Assembly (NCBI GenBank): GCA_964509765.1 | Contig: CAZDYI010000040.1 | Span: 1-61,539 of the forward strand | Source: an uncultured Gammaproteobacteria bacterium | GTDB taxonomy: Bacteria > Pseudomonadota > Gammaproteobacteria > Tethybacterales > Tethybacteraceae | Direction of reading: 5' to 3' | Length of the DNA: 61,539 nt | In this document: positions 48,143 to 61,539 of the stretch, piece by piece | Layout of the letters: every line of letters begins with the position of its first letter | Position numbering within the stretch: position 1 is the first letter of the stretch | Notes under the pieces: model-generated | Database searches by the model: none | Seen by the model: only the letters and a program-made list of their open reading frames with translations | Told to the model about the DNA's origin: nothing | Made by a program: the position numbers and the translations under genes

Positions 48143-48940
48143 GTGGGTTCGGTCGACCCGAGCTCGAATGTCGGGCCGGAGGTTGAGCTCGCCGACGGAG
48201 TCGAGGTCGGGCCGAACTGCGTCATCGAGGGCCGGGTCCGGATCGGCGCGGGAACGAAGGTCGGGCCTTCCTGCCTGCTGCGCGGGCCGGCGACGGTCGG
48301 CAAGGGCAACGAGTTCCACGGCCACTGCGTCGTCGACGCCTCGCAGGACAAGAAGCGCGACGGCGCGGGGGGATCGATCGAGATCGGCGACGGAAACGCC
48401 GTGCGCGAGTTCGCCACGCTGCACCGCGCGACCGAGGAGGGCAAGGCTACCCGGATCGGCGACGGCAACCTGCTGATGGCCTACAGCCACGTCGCGCACG
48501 ACTGCGCCGTCGGCGACGGGACGGTGCTCGCGAACCTGGTGCAGCTCGGCGGCGAGGTGACCGTCGGCGACCGCGCGGTCCTCGGCGGCGGGGCCCTTGT
48601 GCACCAGCGCTGCAGGATCGGGACGCTCGCGATCGTCGGCGGCGGGACCGTCGTCCGCCAGGACGTCCCGCCGTACGCGAGCTACGCGCAGCTGCCGACC
48701 CAGGTCACGGTCTGGATCAACAAGGTCGGCCTCGAGCGCGCCGGGATGATCGGCGAGGTCGAGGCGATAACGGCGGCCTACCGCGCGGTCTACCGCGAGG
48801 GGCTGAGCCTCGGCGAGGCGACCGGGAAGATCCGGGAGATGGCCGGGGAGCACGCCTGCCTCGGGCCGCTCGCGGACTTCCTCGGCGGGATCGGAGCGAG
48901 CGGGCTTGTGCGCCCGCGCCGCGCCGCGCTGCGCAGCTGA
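48143..48940 (+). CDS. lpxA: UDP-N-acetylglucosamine O-acyltransferase
   Basis: Hexapeptide repeats, [18 protein letters not shown] and VHQ. Confidence 0.95.
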   Translation: MGSVDPSSNVGPEVELADGVEVGPNCVIEGRVRIGAGTKVGPSCLLRGPATVGKGNEFHGHCVVDASQDKKRDGAGGSIEIGDGNAVREFATLHRATEEGKATRIGDGNLLMAYSHVAHDCAVGDGTVLANLVQLGGEVTVGDRAVLGGGALVHQRCRIGTLAIVGGGTVVRQDVPPYASYAQLPTQVTVWINKVGLERAGMIGEVEAITAAYRAVYREGLSLGEATGKIREMAGEHACLGPLADFLGGIGASGLVRPRRAALRS

Positions 48941-48951
48941 CCGGCGACAGG

Positions 48952-50067
48952 TTGAAGATCGCCCTTGTCTGCGGCGAGGCCTCGGGCGACGCCCTCGGGG
49001 CCGGGCTGGCAAGGGCGATTGCGGAGCGCAATCCCGACGCCGAGCTGATGGGGGTGACCGGCCCGAAGATGCGCGAGGCCGGAGTGCGGAGCTGGATGGA
49101 CTTCGCGACCTTTTCCGTGATGGGCTACCTCCAGGCGCTCTCCAGGATCGGAAGCCTGCTGCGCTCGCGCAGGGAGCTCCTGCTTAGGATCGGCGACGAG
49201 CGCCCCGACGTGTTCGTCGGCATAGACGCACCCGACCTCAACCTCGGGCTCGGACGCAGCGCGAAGATGCAGGGCGCAAGGCGCTACGTCCAGTACGTCT
49301 GCCCGTCGTTCTGGACCTGGCGCAAGGAGCGCGCGGAGTTCCTGTCGAGGCACTGCAACCTGGTGCTCAACCTGTTCCCGTTCGAGTCCGCTCACTGCGA
49401 GCAGGCCGGGATCACCCACAGGTTCGTCGGCCACAGGCTGGCGGACGAGATCCCTGCGGGAGGCGCAGGGCGCGAGGCGGCGCGCAGGGAACTCGGAATC
49501 GATGACGATGCGAAGGTTTTGGCCATGCTGCCCGGCTCGCGCGACAGCGAGATCCTTGGCCATGTCTTCCGGTTCGCCAAGGTGGCTAATCTGTGCCTCA
49601 TTCGCATGCCCGGGCTTGAGGTCCTCTGGGCTCCGAGCGAGGGATTGCGCGACTCGCTTCCGAAGGGGAAACCCTGGAAGGTGCATGCGGGGAAGGCGCG
49701 GACCGTTCTCGCCGCGGCCGACGCGGCGCTGGTGAAGTCGGGAACGATCACCCTCGAGGCTGCGCTGCTTGGCTGCCCGCAGATGATCGCCTACCACATG
49801 GGCGCGGTCGGGGGATGGCTCGCGAAGCGCAGGCTCGGCGACATCCATTCGCGCTTCTACGGCCTGCCGAACCTGCTCGCCGGAAGGAGGATAGCTCCGG
49901 AGTACATCCAGGACAGGGCCGTCCCGAACACGATGGCTCCCACGCTCGTGTCGATGCTTGAAGGCGAATGGGACGTCATGCGGGAAGACTACGACAAGAT
50001 ACGCGAGGCCCTCGGGACCGGGGCGGACGCAAGGGCCGCCGAGGCGGTCCTGGAGCTTGCTGGGTGA
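48952..50067 (+). CDS. lpxB: Lipid-A-disaccharide synthase
   Basis: [26 protein letters not shown] and LPNLLA. Confidence 0.95.
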   Translation: MKIALVCGEASGDALGAGLARAIAERNPDAELMGVTGPKMREAGVRSWMDFATFSVMGYLQALSRIGSLLRSRRELLLRIGDERPDVFVGIDAPDLNLGLGRSAKMQGARRYVQYVCPSFWTWRKERAEFLSRHCNLVLNLFPFESAHCEQAGITHRFVGHRLADEIPAGGAGREAARRELGIDDDAKVLAMLPGSRDSEILGHVFRFAKVANLCLIRMPGLEVLWAPSEGLRDSLPKGKPWKVHAGKARTVLAAADAALVKSGTITLEAALLGCPQMIAYHMGAVGGWLAKRRLGDIHSRFYGLPNLLAGRRIAPEYIQDRAVPNTMAPTLVSMLEGEWDVMREDYDKIREALGTGADARAAEAVLELAG

Positions 50068-50669
50068 GCGGCGCAGAGGCGCGGTTCATTGTCGGGGTCG
50101 ACGAGGCCGGCCGCGGCCCGCTTGCGGGCCCTGTGACGGCGGGCGCGGTCCTGCTCGGGCCCGCGGTCATCGAGGGGCTGGCGGACTCCAAGGCGCTCAG
50201 CGAGGCGAGGCGGGCCGAGATGTCCGCGGTCGTGATCGAGGAGTGCATGGCGTACTGCGTCGCCGAGGCTACCGTCGAGGAGATCGAGGAGCTCAACATC
50301 CTCGAGGCGACGTTCACGGCGATGCAGCGCGCGGTGTCCGGGCTCGTGATCTGCCCCGACGAGGTGCTGGTCGACGGCAACAGGCTGCCCGAGCTGCCGT
50401 ACCCCGCGCAGGCTGTGGTCGGCGGCGACGCCAAGGTCCCGGAGATCATGGCGGCGTCGATCCTCGCCAAGCACGCGCGCGACGAGCGGATGGCCGAGCT
50501 CGACCGCCTCTACCCCGAGTACGGCTTCGCGCGGCACAAGGGCTACCCGACCAAGGCGCACCTCGCCGCGCTCGAGAAACTCGGGCCCTGCGAGGCCCAC
50601 CGCATGGGCTTCGCGCCGGTCAGGAAGGCGGCGGAGAAGGCCGCGGCCAAGGGGCCGCGGGAGGGCTAG
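50064..50669 (+). CDS. rnhB: Ribonuclease HII
   Basis: [26 protein letters not shown] and HKGYPT. Confidence 0.97.
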   Translation: MSGAEARFIVGVDEAGRGPLAGPVTAGAVLLGPAVIEGLADSKALSEARRAEMSAVVIEECMAYCVAEATVEEIEELNILEATFTAMQRAVSGLVICPDEVLVDGNRLPELPYPAQAVVGGDAKVPEIMAASILAKHARDERMAELDRLYPEYGFARHKGYPTKAHLAALEKLGPCEAHRMGFAPVRKAAEKAAAKGPREG

Positions 50670-51499
50670 GTCCGCAGCAGCTCGTTGATCGCGGTCTTCG
50701 AGCGCGTCCGCTCGTCGACGCGCTTGACGATCACCGCGCAGGCGAGCGAGTGGCTGCCGTCGGCGGCCGGCAGGGAGCCCGGGACGACGACCGACCCGGG
50801 CGGGACCGCGCCGTAGCTGACCTCGCCGCTCTCGCGGTCGTAGATCTTGGTGGACGCGCCGATGAACACCCCCATCGACACCACGCTGCCGCGGCCGACG
50901 ACGACGCCCTCGACCACCTCGGAGCGCGCGCCGATGAAGCAGTTGTCCTCGATGACCGTCGGGGCGGCCTGCAGCGGCTCGAGCACCCCGCCGATCCCGA
51001 CCCCGCCCGAGAGGTGGACGTCCGATCCGATTTGCGCGCACGAGCCGACGGTCGCCCAGGTGTCGACCATCGTCCCCTCGCCGACGTGGGCGCCGATGTT
51101 GACGAACGACGGCATCAGGACAACGCCCCTGGCGATGTGGGCCCCGCGCCGGACCGTCGCCGGCGGGACGACGCGGAAGCCCCCTTTCCTGAAGTCCTCC
51201 TCGCTTGCTCCGGCGAACTGCGGGCGGACCCGGTCGTAGTAGCGGGTCTCGCCGCCGTCGAGGACGGCGTCGCGCTCGATCCGGAACGACAGCAGGACCG
51301 CCATCTTCAGCCACTCGTTTACCTTCCAGCCGCCGTCGCCGGCGGGCTCGGCGACGCGCAGCTCGCCCGACTCCAGCTTGCCGAGCGCGCCGTCGACCGC
51401 TTCCCTCAGCCCCTCCGGGACGCTGTCGGGGGTGATGTCTGCGCGGTTCGGGAATGCGCCCTCGATCGCCGCGCGGATCGCGTCCGTGCCTTCTGCCAT
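50666..51499 (-). CDS. dapD: Tetrahydrodipicolinate N-succinyltransferase
   Basis: [22 protein letters not shown] and GGVLEPLQA. Confidence 0.98.
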   Translation of the reverse strand: MAEGTDAIRAAIEGAFPNRADITPDSVPEGLREAVDGALGKLESGELRVAEPAGDGGWKVNEWLKMAVLLSFRIERDAVLDGGETRYYDRVRPQFAGASEEDFRKGGFRVVPPATVRRGAHIARGVVLMPSFVNIGAHVGEGTMVDTWATVGSCAQIGSDVHLSGGVGIGGVLEPLQAAPTVIEDNCFIGARSEVVEGVVVGRGSVVSMGVFIGASTKIYDRESGEVSYGAVPPGSVVVPGSLPAADGSHSLACAVIVKRVDERTRSKTAINELLRT

Positions 51500-51545
51500 G
51501 GTGCCGGGGATTGTATGCCCGCGCCCGTCCTAGAATCCCGCGCTC

Positions 51546-52427
51546 ATGGCGAAGGGATTTCGGGCAGCGGCCGCGGACTGGGTCGGCATGGTCGTCTACA
51601 GGGGGTTCGAGACGCGCCGCTTCCTCCAGGGGCAGCTCACGATCGAGACCGAGAGGTTTCCCGTCGGGTCGTGGACCTGGGGCGGCTACCTCACCGACAA
51701 GGGCAGGATGCTCGCGACGTACGTCGCCCTGTCGCTCGAGAACCACGAAATCGGGCTCGTCATGGACAAGGGTCTGATCGACGGAACACTCAAGAGGCTC
51801 AAGCGCTACCAGCTCCGCGCGAAGACCGAGCCCGAGATAGACGGCCGGGCATGGACCGCGACGGTCGGTGAGGATCTCGGCCAGGGCGGAAGCAGGTTCC
51901 TGCGCAACGTCGACGGGGCCGAGATAACCGTGCCGCTCGGCGGCGGGGCGGCGCTTAGGATCGCAACGACGGACAGGGCGGCGAAGGACCCCGCGGTCGA
52001 GGACGGGTTCCGCGTCGCATGCGCGCGGCAGGGCATGCCGTGGCTGACCGCGCCGCTGCAGGACAGGCTCACCGCGCACATGGTCAGCCTCGACCTCGCC
52101 GGCGGGATCGACTTCAACAAGGGCTGCTACCTCGGCCAGGAGATCGTCGTCCGCTCGCACCACCGCGGCGCGATCAAGAAGAGGGCGTTCGTCGTGACCG
52201 GGAAGGGCGCCGCGCCCGAGCAGGGGACCGAGCTGCTGTCCGGCGTCCACGGCGGCCAGGCCGCCGGCCAGTTCGTCTACGGCGGAGCGGAGGGCGACGG
52301 CTTCTGCGGGCTTGCGGCGCTGCGCAAGGACGCGGCCGGGGGCGAGCTCGAGCTCGAGGACGGCAGGGAGGTCAGCGCCTCGCCGCCGCCCTACGGGCTC
52401 ATCGACGAGAAGTTCGAGAAGGCCTGA
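51546..52427 (+). CDS. ygfZ: Folate-binding Fe-S/tRNA-modification factor YgfZ
   Basis: Signature KGCYLGQEIV and FLQGQLT. Confidence 0.9.
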   Translation: MAKGFRAAAADWVGMVVYRGFETRRFLQGQLTIETERFPVGSWTWGGYLTDKGRMLATYVALSLENHEIGLVMDKGLIDGTLKRLKRYQLRAKTEPEIDGRAWTATVGEDLGQGGSRFLRNVDGAEITVPLGGGAALRIATTDRAAKDPAVEDGFRVACARQGMPWLTAPLQDRLTAHMVSLDLAGGIDFNKGCYLGQEIVVRSHHRGAIKKRAFVVTGKGAAPEQGTELLSGVHGGQAAGQFVYGGAEGDGFCGLAALRKDAAGGELELEDGREVSASPPPYGLIDEKFEKA

Positions 52428-52481
52428 CGGGGCGGCCGGCGGGCCGCCGCAATCCCTGCGGGTAAAATACGCGGTCCGGCC

Positions 52482-52865
52482 ATGCGAGTCCCTTCACTGG
52501 TTTTCGGCGTCAGGTGCCAGCTTCTGGCGCTTCTTGCGGCGTTCCCCCTGGCATTGCCGTTCGGGCTAGGCGCAGTCGCCGCCGTAGCGGCCTCGGCGGC
52601 CGCGGTGATCCTGCCCGAGGCCATGTACGCCGCGCTCGCAGGGCGCATCCTTTCTTCCGATTCATCCGCAACGGGAAAGGTCGCCAAGGGCTACCGCGCC
52701 CGGATGCTCAAGCTTTTGACCACCGTCGCCTTCCTCGCAGTTAGCCTGCGGGCCGTCGGCCCAGGGACCGCCGAGGTCGCGTTCTGGGCCCTGACCGTCC
52801 TGGTCCTCACCCTCCTTCCCGGCTGGGCGCACTTGGCCGCCGCGCGCGCCGGCGACCGCGCCTGA
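52482..52865 (+). CDS. atpI: ATP synthase protein I
   Basis: Four-TM small protein directly upstream of atpB; TAAAAT -10 at 52463-52468. Confidence 0.75.
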   Translation: MRVPSLVFGVRCQLLALLAAFPLALPFGLGAVAAVAASAAAVILPEAMYAALAGRILSSDSSATGKVAKGYRARMLKLLTTVAFLAVSLRAVGPGTAEVAFWALTVLVLTLLPGWAHLAAARAGDRA

Positions 52866-52877
52866 GGGCAAGCGGAG

Positions 52878-53696
52878 ATGGCCGGGTCGTCCGAGCTCAC
52901 GCCGAAGGAGTACATCCTCGGCCACCTGGCGAACAAGTCGTACGACTTCGAGAAGGGGCGCTTCCTCACCGGCGAGGAGGTCCTCGGGCAGCAGGGCAGC
53001 TTCTACACCCTGCACATCGACACGCTGGTGATCTCGCTCTTGCTCGGCCTCGGCTCGCTCGGCTTTCTTGCCTTCGTCGCGCGCAAGGCGACCGCGGGCA
53101 CCCCCGGCAGGCTGCAGGGCTTCGTCGAGATGCTCCTGCTGTTCATCCAGGACACGGTGACCAGCCTGTTCCCGAACCCGCCGAAGGTCGTCCCGCCGCT
53201 GGCGCTGACGATATTCGTCTGGGCGTTCTTCATGAACCTGATGGACCTCGTCCCCGTCGACACCGTCGCGGTGATGGGCTTCCACCCGAAGCTCGTGCCG
53301 ACCACCGACGTCAATGCGACGTTCGCCATGTCGCTCACGGTGTTCGCGATGGTCATCTACTACAACTTCAAGTCGAAGGGGCCGATAGGCTTCGCCCGCG
53401 AGGTCTGCGTGGCGCCGTTCGGCAACAAGTGGTACCTGTGGCTCCCGAACATCTTCATGCGGCTCGTCGAGGAGCTCGCCAAGCCGGTCTCGCTGTCGCT
53501 GCGGCTGTTCGGCAACCTGTTCGCCGCCGAGATGATCTTCCTCCTGATCGCGCTGCTGCCGTTCTACATCCAGTGGGTCGCGGGCGGCCCGTGGGCTATC
53601 TACCACATCCTGGTCGTCCCGCTGCAGGCGTTCATCTTCACGGCGCTCACGACCGTCTACATCAGCCTCGCCCACGAGGACCACTCCAAACACTGA
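52878..53696 (+). CDS. atpB: ATP synthase subunit a
   Basis: MNLMDLVP, PTTDVN, SLSLRLFGN and LQAFIF. Confidence 0.98.
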   Translation: MAGSSELTPKEYILGHLANKSYDFEKGRFLTGEEVLGQQGSFYTLHIDTLVISLLLGLGSLGFLAFVARKATAGTPGRLQGFVEMLLLFIQDTVTSLFPNPPKVVPPLALTIFVWAFFMNLMDLVPVDTVAVMGFHPKLVPTTDVNATFAMSLTVFAMVIYYNFKSKGPIGFAREVCVAPFGNKWYLWLPNIFMRLVEELAKPVSLSLRLFGNLFAAEMIFLLIALLPFYIQWVAGGPWAIYHILVVPLQAFIFTALTTVYISLAHEDHSKH

Positions 53697-53722
53697 GGAA
53701 CCACCACCGGAGCATTAGCACC

Positions 53723-54034
53723 ATGAACACCAAGACACTGACCAAGGCGGCCCTTCTTGCCGCATTCCTGTTGCCGGCGATGGCGCTCGCCCAGGACGGC
53801 GGGGACACCGGGCTCGGGCTCAAGCTCCTCGGCGTGGCCGTCGGGGCCGGGATAGCCGGGATGGGCGCCGCGATCGGCATCGGCATACTCGCCGGCAAGC
53901 TCGTCGAGAGCATCGCGCGGCAGCCGGAGCTCGAGACCAAGCTCCTCGGGCGGTTCTTTTTGACCGCCGGCCTGACCGACGCGGTGCCGATCATCGCGAT
54001 CGCGATCTCGCTGCTGGTCCTGTTCGTATTCTGA
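53723..54034 (+). CDS. atpE: ATP synthase subunit c with N-terminal extension
   Basis: GxGxGxG-like helix, ARQPE loop and carboxylate in LTDAVP; extra MNTKTLTKAALLAAFLLPAMALA-QD. Confidence 0.95.
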   Translation: MNTKTLTKAALLAAFLLPAMALAQDGGDTGLGLKLLGVAVGAGIAGMGAAIGIGILAGKLVESIARQPELETKLLGRFFLTAGLTDAVPIIAIAISLLVLFVF

Positions 54035-54068
54035 CGGTCCGGCTCACACCCGGCAGGGGGCACAGGCA

Positions 54069-54539
54069 ATGAACGTCAACATCTCGCTGATCGGCCAGGT
54101 CATCACCTTCGGCATACTGATCTTCGTGACGATGAAGTTCGTCTGGCCGCCGCTGGTCGCGGCGATCGACAAGCGCAACAAGGAGATCGCCGAGGGCCTG
54201 GACGCCGCCGAGCAGGGGCGGCAGAGGCTCAAGGAGGCCAAGCAGCGCCAGGACGAGCTCATCGAGCAGGGACGCGCCAAGCAGATGGAGCACGTCGCCG
54301 AGGGCCGCAAGCAGCGCGACGCGACGATCTCCGCGGCCAGGGGCGAGGCGGACACCGAGCGCGAGCGGATCGTCGAGGAGGGCCGCAGGCAGGTCGAGCA
54401 GGAGCGCCAGGCGATGGTGCGCGAGCTCCAGGAGAGCTACGCAGACCTCGTGGTCGCCGGCGCGAGCAGGATACTCAAGCGCGAGATCGACGCCAAGGAC
54501 CACAAGGACATCGTCGACGACATGATCAAGACGATCTGA
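54069..54539 (+). CDS. atpF: ATP synthase subunit b
   Basis: MNVNISLIGQ..KFVWPPL and IAEGL. Confidence 0.97.
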   Translation: MNVNISLIGQVITFGILIFVTMKFVWPPLVAAIDKRNKEIAEGLDAAEQGRQRLKEAKQRQDELIEQGRAKQMEHVAEGRKQRDATISAARGEADTERERIVEEGRRQVEQERQAMVRELQESYADLVVAGASRILKREIDAKDHKDIVDDMIKTI

Positions 54540-54545
54540 TCTGGC

Positions 54546-55118
54546 ATGGCAGTCGAGTTCGCCGAGGCCGCGCGCCCCTACGCCGAGGCGGCGCACAAGC
54601 ACGCCGCGGGCGCGGGCGGCGACGCGCCGGGCAAGTGGCAGGAGATGCTCGACGCGCTCGTCGGGGTGGTGTCCGACGAGGGGGTGCAGACCCTGCTCGC
54701 TGACCCCAGGGTCTCGCCGGCGAAGTCGCGCGAGGGCCTGATGGCGGTGCTCGAGCCGGTTGCCAAGGGCGCCGGCGAGGAGGGGGAAAGGTTCGCCAAC
54801 TTCGTGAGCCAGCTCCACGAGCACGAGCGCCTCGACGCGGCGGGCGAGATCGCGCGGATGTACGGCGAGCTGCGGCGGGCCGCCGAGGGCGAGCTCGAGA
54901 TCGAGATACGCACGGCCTTCGAGCTCGACAAGGACGCGGTCGGCAGGATCGCGGACAAAATGAAGGACAAGTTCGGGGCCAAGAGCGTCACCACGACTGT
55001 TACGGTCGACCCTGAGCTCGGCGGCGGCGCCATGGTCATAGCCGGTGACGACGTCATAGACGGCAGCGTCAGAAGCGAGCTCGAGAGCATGCGCGTCTCG
55101 CTGCGCAGGCAGCGGTAG
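54546..55118 (+). CDS. atpH: ATP synthase subunit delta
   Basis: ARPYAEA and VDPELGGG..GDDVIDGSV. Confidence 0.95.
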   Translation: MAVEFAEAARPYAEAAHKHAAGAGGDAPGKWQEMLDALVGVVSDEGVQTLLADPRVSPAKSREGLMAVLEPVAKGAGEEGERFANFVSQLHEHERLDAAGEIARMYGELRRAAEGELEIEIRTAFELDKDAVGRIADKMKDKFGAKSVTTTVTVDPELGGGAMVIAGDDVIDGSVRSELESMRVSLRRQR

Positions 55119-55148
55119 GACGCGGGGAACACAAACGGAGAAGACGGG

Positions 55149-56753
<1,605 letters not shown>

Positions 56754-56757
56754 CGAC

Positions 56758-57642
56758 ATGGCCGGCGGCAAGGAAATCCGCACCCAGATCGCGTCGATCC
56801 AGAACACGCAGAAGATCACGCGGGCGATGGAGATGGTCGCCGCGTCGAAGATGCGCAAGGCTCAGGAGCGGATGGCCAGGGCGAGGCCCTACAGCGACAA
56901 GATCCGCGAGGTCTGCGCGCACCTAGAGCGCGGCAACACGGAGTACCGCCATCCCTACACTGTCGAGCGCGACGAGGTCAAGGCGGTCGGGATCATCGTG
57001 ATCACGACCGACAAGGGCCTGTGCGGCGGGCTGAACACCAACGCCCTGCGCCGCGTCGCGGCCCAGTCCCGGAGCTGGGAGCAGGAGGGCAAGAGGGTCA
57101 AGTTCACAGTGTTCGGCAACAAGGGCGTCGCGTTCTTCAGCCGCTTCGGCGGCGAGGTGATCTCGCAGGCGACCGGGCTGGGCGACCAGCCGGAGCTCGA
57201 GACCCTGCTCGGCCCGGTGCAGGCGATCACCGAGGCGTTCCTGTCCGGCGAGCTCGACCAGGTGTGGCTGAGCTACTCGAGGTTCGTCAACACGATGAGC
57301 CAGGACAGCGTCTTCGACCGGCTGCTGCCGCTCGACCCGGACTTCCACGTGGTCGCCGAGGACCTGGTCGCGCAGCGCAAGAGCATCTGGGACTACATCT
57401 ACGAGCCCGACCCGGCGGAGATAGTCGACCGGCTCATGAGGCGCTACCTCGAGTCGGTGATCTACCAGGCGGTCGCGGACAACGCGGCGTCCGAGCAGGC
57501 TGCGCGGATGGTCGCGATGAAAGCGGCGAGCGACAACGCCGGCAACCTCATCGAGGAGCTGAAGCTGGTGTACAACAAGGAGCGGCAGGCCGCGATCACC
57601 ACCGAGATCACCGAGATCGTCGGCGGGGCCGCGGCGGTCTAG
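56758..57642 (+). CDS. atpG: ATP synthase subunit gamma
   Basis: KITRAMEMVAASK, DKGLCGGLN and RQAAITTEITEIVGGA. Confidence 0.99.
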   Translation: MAGGKEIRTQIASIQNTQKITRAMEMVAASKMRKAQERMARARPYSDKIREVCAHLERGNTEYRHPYTVERDEVKAVGIIVITTDKGLCGGLNTNALRRVAAQSRSWEQEGKRVKFTVFGNKGVAFFSRFGGEVISQATGLGDQPELETLLGPVQAITEAFLSGELDQVWLSYSRFVNTMSQDSVFDRLLPLDPDFHVVAEDLVAQRKSIWDYIYEPDPAEIVDRLMRRYLESVIYQAVADNAASEQAARMVAMKAASDNAGNLIEELKLVYNKERQAAITTEITEIVGGAAAV

Positions 57643-59055
<1,413 letters not shown>

Positions 59056-59063
59056 GCGGCATC

Positions 59064-59480
59064 ATGGCAAGAACGATCCAGGTCCAGGTCGTAAGCGCCG
59101 AGCGGGAGCTGTTCTCCGGCGACGCGACTCTCGTCGTCGCGCCTGCGTCGCTCGGCGAGGTCGGGATACTGCCGGGCCACGCGCCGATGCTCACCAGCCT
59201 CAAGGCGGGCGTGCTCAAGCTCGTCGACGAGAACAAGGAGGAGGACTTCCTCTACGTCGCCGGCGGGATGCTCGAGGTCCAGCCCGACAAGGTAACGGTC
59301 CTGGCAGACGTAGCCGAGCGCGGCGAAGACCTCGACGAGGCCAGGGTAAGGGAGGCGCGCGAGGCCGCCGAGCGCGAGCTGCAGTCGGGCGTCTCGGGCA
59401 TGGACTACGCCAAGGCCCAGGCCGAGCTCGCCCAGGCGGTCGCGCAGCTCGAGCTGCTCAGGAAGCTGCGGCAGCGCTGA
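59064..59480 (+). CDS. atpC: ATP synthase subunit epsilon
   Basis: VVSAERELFSG, GEVGILPGHAP and GGMLEVQP. Confidence 0.97.
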   Translation: MARTIQVQVVSAERELFSGDATLVVAPASLGEVGILPGHAPMLTSLKAGVLKLVDENKEEDFLYVAGGMLEVQPDKVTVLADVAERGEDLDEARVREAREAAERELQSGVSGMDYAKAQAELAQAVAQLELLRKLRQR

Positions 59481-59536
59481 GGCAATCCGGCTCACCTGTA
59501 GCCATCGGCAAAACCAACTCTCCTGTTGCGGCGGCC

Positions 59537-61539
59537 ATGGCGCTCGTCATGGCGCTGCTGCTGGCAGGTTGCGGTGGGGGCGGAAGCGGCGGATCGTCGA
59601 TTTCAGGACTTGGGGGTCCTGGGACCCCGGTTTTGCCAGATACCGAACCTGAGCTTCCAAGAGTTCCTGAAACGGATTACTCTTTGGCAAGCGAGGTATC
59701 GAGTCATCTTCGGCAAGTCAACTACGATCCGAACATCGGCCAAGGCGGGATGAACGTCAAGATAGGGATCATGGACAGCGGAATTGACACAAGCCACCCT
59801 ACTTTCACGGGCCGCACATTCGACAACCCTCTTGCCCCAACGATAACCCTGGGCCAAGAAAGAATCGATCACGGAACAGTTGTGGCGATGATCGCGGCCG
59901 GTGCAATAGACAAGACTGTGTACGGAGTGTCTTACAGGTCGAACCTGGAATTTATTTGTTGCAGCGCCAGAGAGGACACGTTCGAAGCCCTGGACTACCT
60001 GACCATGACCTCGGATGCGTTCGTGGTCAACCATTCCTGGGGCCTGCCTGACGATTGGAATTACTACTTTTCCAATTCAGCAAACTGCGAGGCGGTGATC
60101 CAGGGTGCCGCAGACACCGTCTCAGTGTGCGCCAGGAGTTCCTTGAATTTTGCCTTGCCCGGTATCGCGCAGGATTTTGGGCTAACCCAAGAGCTGCTCG
60201 GTGCGTGTGTCAACCCGGCCATGGCCGTTACCAACTCTGACGGCACAAAGGAGAGGATCTGCGTGTTTGCGGCAGGCAACGAAGGCATGCACAGCGGCGG
60301 AACGGTGGTTTCTCCCTATGGGCTTTACTCCTTCGACGTTAGGGACCTGTTTGGAGATAATTCGCCGTTCACGGAATATGAACAGCTAGATTTCCTTGAA
60401 ATGCTGTATAAGCGCTCAGGAAGTCTGGCCAACCTGCCCTCGGTTGATGCAGCGCACGAAGGACATTTCCTTGTCGTCGCTGCGCTCGAGACCGGCAACG
60501 ACCGCCTCACCTCCTACTCGAACGGCTGTGGTGACGCGATGATGCACTGCCTCGCAGCTCCCGGCACCTTGCCGCTGGACCTTTGCGACACCGAACCCGC
60601 CGGTGTCTCCAGCATGTGTGGCGACATGCCATCCGAAGTCGAAGGAACTTCGTTTGCCGCTCCGATAGTCACCGGCGCAGCTGCGCTATTGAAGTCCACC
60701 TATCCGCACCTGTCGGCACCAAATGTGGTCAGCATCATGCTCGAGACCGCAACGGACCTCGGAGCCTCGGGTCCCGACAACGACTACGGCAGGGGCAAGC
60801 TCAACGTAGTCGGAAGCCTGCAGCCGGTCGGGGAGAAACTCACCTCTGCGGGCGAGTCGCTTTCCGAGACTGTGATCAAGGCCGGACCGTCCCTTGGGCC
60901 TGCGCTCGCAAGAAGCGCGGCGAGCTTCGGCCTGTTCGACTCCTACAAGCGACCTTACCTGCACTTCGTATCAGGGAGGGTTTCCGCAATAGGCCGCTCC
61001 CTTGATGCGTTAGACGGATTCATGCGCGACTCCTCGGCCTTGGTGAACGCGGACGTCAGGCAGAGGATGGGCCTGCTAGGAACCGGCGGGACTCGCGCTC
61101 CTGCGGCAGCTTTCCTGCGGCGGTTCGCCGGCGACACAAGCCTGCGGATCGACTCCGGCTTCGAGGACTGCTCGCTTGGTTGCCTTTCGAGCCGCGATGT
61201 CAAGGCGACCTCCCTCGTTCCCTCGTCTGCGAGGGCATGGTCTGAGCAGCATGTCTCCGCTCCGTTCGGCAGGATGGGAACGGTGGTCGAGGCAGGCTTC
61301 GCCGACGATTCCGATGCGGGCTTCACCAGCGGCGGTTTGTTCTACGCTGGCAGGCTCGGCGAGTCGTCGCTGTTGCGCCTCGAGGCAGGAGCGATGGTCG
61401 AGCGCGAGACATTCATGGGCGGCGGCTTCGGGGGCGCGCTCGAGCTCGGCGCGGGCAGCGGTCAGTACGTGAGCGCCCAGCTCGGGACGGAGCTCGGAGC
61501 CGGCGCATTCAGCGCGAGTTACACGCTCGGCAAGGAGCG
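59537..61539 (+). CDS. S8 (subtilisin-like) serine peptidase lipoprotein, probably autotransporter-like; 3' partial
   Basis: Hand translation from ATG 59537: lipobox LLAGC, IGIMDSGID, DHGTVVA, FAAGN (~60266) and EGTSFAAPIVTGAAALL (60641) all in one frame. Absent from the ORF track, consistent with no stop before the window end. Confidence 0.9.
   Translation, partial: MALVMALLLAGCGGGGSGGSSISGLGGPGTPVLPDTEPELPRVPETDYSLASEVSSHLRQVNYDPNIGQGGMNVKIGIMDSGIDTSHPTFTGRTFDNPLAPTITLGQERIDHGTVVAMIAAGAIDKTVYGVSYRSNLEFICCSAREDTFEALDYLTMTSDAFVVNHSWGLPDDWNYYFSNSANCEAVIQGAADTVSVCARSSLNFALPGIAQDFGLTQELLGACVNPAMAVTNSDGTKERICVFAAGNEGMHSGGTVVSPYGLYSFDVRDLFGDNSPFTEYEQLDFLEMLYKRSGSLANLPSVDAAHEGHFLVVAALETGNDRLTSYSNGCGDAMMHCLAAPGTLPLDLCDTEPAGVSSMCGDMPSEVEGTSFAAPIVTGAAALLKSTYPHLSAPNVVSIMLETATDLGASGPDNDYGRGKLNVVGSLQPVGEKLTSAGESLSETVIKAGPSLGPALARSAASFGLFDSYKRPYLHFVSGRVSAIGRSLDALDGFMRDSSALVNADVRQRMGLLGTGGTRAPAAAFLRRFAGDTSLRIDSGFEDCSLGCLSSRDVKATSLVPSSARAWSEQHVSAPFGRMGTVVEAGFADDSDAGFTSGGLFYAGRLGESSLLRLEAGAMVERETFMGGGFGGALELGAGSGQYVSAQLGTELGAGAFSASYTLGKE

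Overview
High-GC beta/gamma-proteobacterial chromosome segment. The 16S gene is divergent and the gene packing is tight; a host-associated marine lineage is my unverified inference. The window holds a 16S rRNA gene (minus strand) and a GntR-led catabolic operon (PotD/A/B/C-type ABC transporter, enolase-superfamily enzyme, SDR). Housekeeping blocks follow: PPi-PFK/adk, phasin, slt, cyaY, lptM-lysA, yfhL-coaD-rsmD, ruvB-ybgC-tolQRAB-pal-cpoB, cmk-rpsA-ihfB-lapB-nadD, rsfS, rdgB-hemW, tRNA-Arg, frr-uppS-cdsA-dxr-rseP-bamA-skp-lpxD-fabZ-lpxA-lpxB-rnhB, dapD, ygfZ and the F1Fo operon. A partial subtilase (S8) lipoprotein runs off the right end. Small accessory or defence islets with no integrase sit inside conserved gene blocks: an AAA/DUF4143 ATPase with a 22-bp-periodic upstream array, a tandemly duplicated Phd-PIN toxin-antitoxin pair whose second toxin is broken, an AbiEi/AbiEii pair, and a ~700-bp AT-rich spacer. 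The most notable unannotated signals are apparent widespread leaderless transcription, a three-hairpin phasin 3'UTR displaying an anti-Shine-Dalgarno loop, a candidate ~100-nt structured RNA after rsfS, a duplicated cpoB, an AtpE with a signal-peptide-like extension, and 16S mismatches to universal primers and probes. No CRISPR array, transposase or prophage was seen. I could not demonstrate a wholly new multi-gene system. All calls are by eye, with no database searches.
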